NCBI GenBank assembly: GCA_963777955.1
Contig: CAVZSQ010000022.1
Span: forward strand, 641,020 to 705,019
DNA length: 64,000 nucleotides
Reading direction: 5' to 3'
From: Calditrichia bacterium
GTDB lineage: Bacteria > Calditrichota > Calditrichia > JAJRVZ01
The number at the start of each line of letters is the position of its first letter. The first letter of the stretch is position 1. Under the pieces are notes generated by a model. It saw only the letters and a program-made list of their open reading frames with translations, was not told where the DNA came from and made no database searches. This document shows, one piece after another, positions 61,294 through 64,000 of the stretch. The translations under genes were made by a program, and so were the position numbers.

Positions 61294-62596
61294 ATGCGAG
61301 ACTTAATAAGGCAAAAAATTGTAGACTCACTGGCTTCACCACTTCCGGCATTCACACTTCGCGATATACAATTACCCGCCATCCGGGGTAAAGCATTTGC
61401 TATTATCGGAATGCGTCGTACAGGTAAGTCCACTTACCTGTGGCAGGTACTGAACGAAAGGTTGCAACAAGGATTCGAGCGCGAAAGTTTGCTTTTTTTT
61501 GGTTTTGAAGACGAACGTCTTGCCGGTATGAAGGTATCTGATCTCCAGATAATGCTGGAGGAATATTACCGCTTATATCCGAATTTGAGAGACAAAGGCC
61601 GTACTGTATTCTTCTTAGACGAGATACAGGTGGTGCCTGGCTGGGAGATTTTTGCACGGCGTTTATTGGAAACTGAAAAGATCGAACTATTCTTATCCGG
61701 CTCGTCAGACTCGACTGTTATCACGTGAAGTGGCCACCAGTATGCGTGGCAGGGCTATGGAGGTTTTAGTACATCCGTTCAGTTTTCGTGAGTATCTGCG
61801 GCATCTTGGCAGGGAGCCTGTTTCTAACCCTGAGCGTTTACCTAAAGCATCACGGTCAGCCCTGGAAAAAGATTTACGTGAATACCTAACCAGGGGTGGA
61901 TTCCCTGAATCTGTGGGAACCATAGCCCGCGACCGTTTTGACCTGCTGCGTGGATACGTCGATACTGCTTTACTTCGTGATGTAATAGAAAGACATAGGG
62001 TGTCTCACCCGGTGGCCCTACGCTGGATGATTCGTCAGTTGCTGGCGAATGCCTCAGGATATTTCAGTATTAATAAATTTTACTGTGATCTCAAATCGCA
62101 GAGTATACCGATAGCAAAAGACACGCTTCATGAATACCTTAGTCACCTCGAGGATGCTTTTCTGATTAGAACAGTTTCATTGTCAACTAGGTCGGAACGA
62201 CGACGTATGGTGAATCCACGTAAAGTATATCCGGTAGATCCCGGTTTAATACCAATTTTTAGTGTAAGTGGAGAACCTGATCTGGGTCATGCGTTAGAGA
62301 CTTGTGTTATGTTGGAATTAGAACGGCGTGGTGCTGATATCTCTTATGTCCGTAATAAAAGCGGATCCGAGGTGGATTTCCTGGTGCGATACCCGGATGG
62401 TCACCGGGAACTGCTGCAGGTCTGTACCCATATGGATAGTGCAGATGTGATGAAGCGTGAACTCCGTGGATTGGTCGAGGCACGCGCAGAAAATAGAAAT
62501 GTCACAGCTCATATAATAATGCTTGAGCCAGAGCGACCTGCAAATCTACCTGAATCGGTCAAATTTCATGCGGCAAGTGACTGGCTTCTATCCTGA
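61294..62596 (+). CDS. AAA+ ATPase of the AAA_14/DUF4143 family (COG1373-like), with a frameshift within 61652-61728
   Basis: Walker A GMRRTGKST, Walker B FFLDEIQ, and a C-terminal DUF4143-like region. ORFs 61294-61728 and 61652-62596 overlap in different frames. Confidence 0.6.
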
Positions 62597-62599
62597 ACT

Positions 62600-63154
62600 A
62601 TGGGAAAGTTAAAAGTAAATACTACCATTCAGAAACCATCGGCAAGTCCTTCAAAAAGCAATTTACGACGTGTAAAACCGCTCTGGTATGTCTATGCCAT
62701 CGAATGTGATAATGCCAGTGTCTATATCGGCCAGACCCGTGACCTGACCCGGCGCTGGGCCCAACATCTGAAGGGACATGGCGCCCGCTGGACCAGAAAA
62801 TATAAACCGTTACGCTTGTTTTACAGCGAAGAATGTAAAAGTTATCTGGCTTCGCGAAAGAGGGAACGGGAACTGAAAAAAACCAAAGGCAGAAATTTTT
62901 TAAAAACCATATTAAAAAAGACTGATCTGCAGGCTGGTAAATCGATCAAAAAAGTACATTCAGGAGGTATTATTATGGCAGAATCAAAATCAGAATTGCT
63001 CACCGCCGGGAATATCGCCAAGGTATTGTCGGTATCCGATGCTAAAGTAAAAAAGGTAATTCAGGAATTAGCGATTAAACCTGCGGCCAAGAAGGGGGTA
63101 TGTAACTATTATTCCAAGGATACTGTATCCAGGATAAAGGCGGCTCTGAAATAA
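62600..63154 (+). CDS. GIY-YIG nuclease-domain protein with a C-terminal basic, possibly DNA-binding, region
   Basis: WYVYAIEC...VYIGQTRDLTRRWAQH matches GIY...YIG plus the conserved Arg of GIY-YIG endonucleases. It starts 4 nt after the ATPase gene. Confidence 0.55.
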   Translation: MGKLKVNTTIQKPSASPSKSNLRRVKPLWYVYAIECDNASVYIGQTRDLTRRWAQHLKGHGARWTRKYKPLRLFYSEECKSYLASRKRERELKKTKGRNFLKTILKKTDLQAGKSIKKVHSGGIIMAESKSELLTAGNIAKVLSVSDAKVKKVIQELAIKPAAKKGVCNYYSKDTVSRIKAALK

Positions 63155-63176
63155 ATTAAGGCTGTTGCCCGGATTC

Positions 63177-63368
63177 TTAACGGTTCCGTAAGAAATAATC
63201 CGGTGCATCTTTTAAAACAACCTTTGTCTCGGCACGGACTTTCTGCCAGAATTTTGTTTTAAGATTATAACAGATATTATCCCATTCTTTGTCACTGAGA
63301 GTTCTCTGGTAGATTGTTTCAGCTTCCTCTTTGTCCAGGATATCGGTCAGATCAAAATATTCGCCCAT
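63177..63368 (-). CDS. small hypothetical protein (63 aa)
   Basis: ORF only; acidic, with no recognisable motif. Confidence 0.3.
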   Translation of the reverse strand: MGEYFDLTDILDKEEAETIYQRTLSDKEWDNICYNLKTKFWQKVRAETKVVLKDAPDYFLRNR

Positions 63369-63452
63369 GGATGACTCCTATATCAAGAGATAAAAAAGTT
63401 GACTGGTCGTATAGAAAATTTACAGAATAAACTGAAAATCTAGATGCACTTT

Positions 63453-64000
63453 TTATTTCGTCAAGTGCAGATAATCGAAGTAAATGATTCTCGGTGCGGG
63501 CAGCTCGATCGAATAAAAACAGATTAAATCTATTTTATGAATATCCATTTGTCTTGATTTCGGTGCTGCTATAATCTCGCTGAGCGGTATGCTGTAATCA
63601 TTCCAGCCCGGCGCCAGCTGCAGGCGGCGGTTATAGCGGTCGTTATAATGCTGACCCAGTGGATAGTAATCGCGATCATTAATCCGGCAGTTCAACAGCA
63701 GCGTGTCATCCTGGTTGTTAAATATGCTGAAGTGCAGATCTGCGTACCCGCTCCAATCGGAGGGAAAAAAGCGCATCGATACTGCTGAATATTGTGCGTT
63801 CGTCAACTGTACCTGTAGGGATTTCTGGCCGTGACGTACAATACTTTTTTCCAGAGGTAATTCCCAGGCCGAATACCAGCGATTAGCTTCGAAGGGAGTT
63901 TCAAAATCGCATAATACTGGAAATTGTATTCTGGCGATCCATTCATCAGCTAAGGCGCGGAGCAGGGGAATGGCTTCCAGTAAGATAGCAGCAATTAATA
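63453..64000 (-). CDS. hypothetical protein (the frame may continue upstream beyond the window end)
   Basis: Track ORF 63453-63806 starts at TTG. The frame remains open upstream for at least part of 63807-64000. No motif was recognised. Confidence 0.3.
   Translation of the reverse strand, partial: LIAAILLEAIPLLRALADEWIARIQFPVLCDFETPFEANRWYSAWELPLEKSIVRHGQKSLQVQLTNAQYSAVSMRFFPSDWSGYADLHFSIFNNQDDTLLLNCRINDRDYYPLGQHYNDRYNRRLQLAPGWNDYSIPLSEIIAAPKSRQMDIHKIDLICFYSIELPAPRIIYFDYLHLTK

Noticed and set aside
61200-64000. Whether the terminal segment is an integrated prophage or IS element
   Set aside because: No integrase, transposase, terminal inverted repeats or tRNA attachment site is visible. Only the ATPase/GIY-YIG pair and small hypotheticals are present, so it is reported as a candidate acquired cassette rather than a mobile element.

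Overview
The window is a 64-kb chromosomal segment from an AT-rich bacterium. The genes are almost all recognisable. Several proteins carry Bacteroidota-type type IX secretion (T9SS) C-terminal sorting domains (CTDs), and a GldA/GldF/GldG-type ABC transporter is present. Genes nevertheless have clear Shine-Dalgarno (ribosome-binding) sequences, which argues for a member of the Fibrobacterota-Chlorobiota-Bacteroidota (FCB) group other than Bacteroidia.

Content, in order:
(i) 1-17.1 kb: a surface-polysaccharide biosynthesis locus. It encodes a partial radical-SAM protein, GT4 and GT2 glycosyltransferases, three methyltransferases, PglC-, WbaP- and WecA-type initiating transferases, a TPP-dependent E1 alpha/beta pair, DegT-type and class-I aminotransferases, a Gfo/Idh/MocA oxidoreductase and a CapD-type dehydratase. 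Several of these are frameshifted, and a DegT remnant lies in the locus.
(ii) serS and plsC.
(iii) 19.3-28 kb, minus strand: a partner-switching module. It comprises three paralogous GAF-PP2C phosphatases, an RsbW-like anti-sigma-factor kinase and an RsbV-like STAS antagonist, with an adjacent receiver-GGDEF diguanylate cyclase and no sigma-factor gene.
(iv) An NHL-repeat lipoprotein, adk and rlmN.
(v) A MoxR ATPase directly followed by a roughly 1200-aa secreted HExxH zinc metalloprotease with a T9SS CTD.
(vi) 36.9-54.8 kb: a PLP-dependent Cys/Met enzyme, then an expanded Bat/MoxR aerotolerance-type cluster. Its order is TPR lipoprotein, BatD-N/DUF4381-like, MoxR, DUF58, SurA-N-like lipoprotein, a second DUF4381-like gene, GldA/F/G-like ABC transporter, DUF4340, BatA, BatB, BatC, BatD, BatE and a SPOR-domain protein.
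(vii) rtcB (frameshifted) with archease.
(viii) Two T9SS cargo proteins: an SGNH-like hydrolase, and an 853-aa protein with about 14 tandem 47-aa WNG-type repeats.
(ix) An AAA_14/DUF4143 ATPase (frameshifted) followed by a small GIY-YIG-like protein, then hypotheticals.

The most unusual signal is non-coding. Seven intergenic loci carry a related family of degenerate tandem repeats with an 8-bp period, read as AGGGAC(A/T)A on one strand and TNCCTNAG on the other. These often form inverted arms around GC-rich hairpin cores that share submotifs (ATTCCCGC...GCGGGAAT, GGAGACCTGGC, TGCAGGAATGA, AGGCGCTT). I cannot match them to a described element family from the sequence alone.

No rRNA, tRNA, CRISPR array, IS element or prophage genes were recognised. 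Ten genes are interrupted by apparent frameshifts. That number is high for 64 kb and could reflect assembly error or real gene decay.
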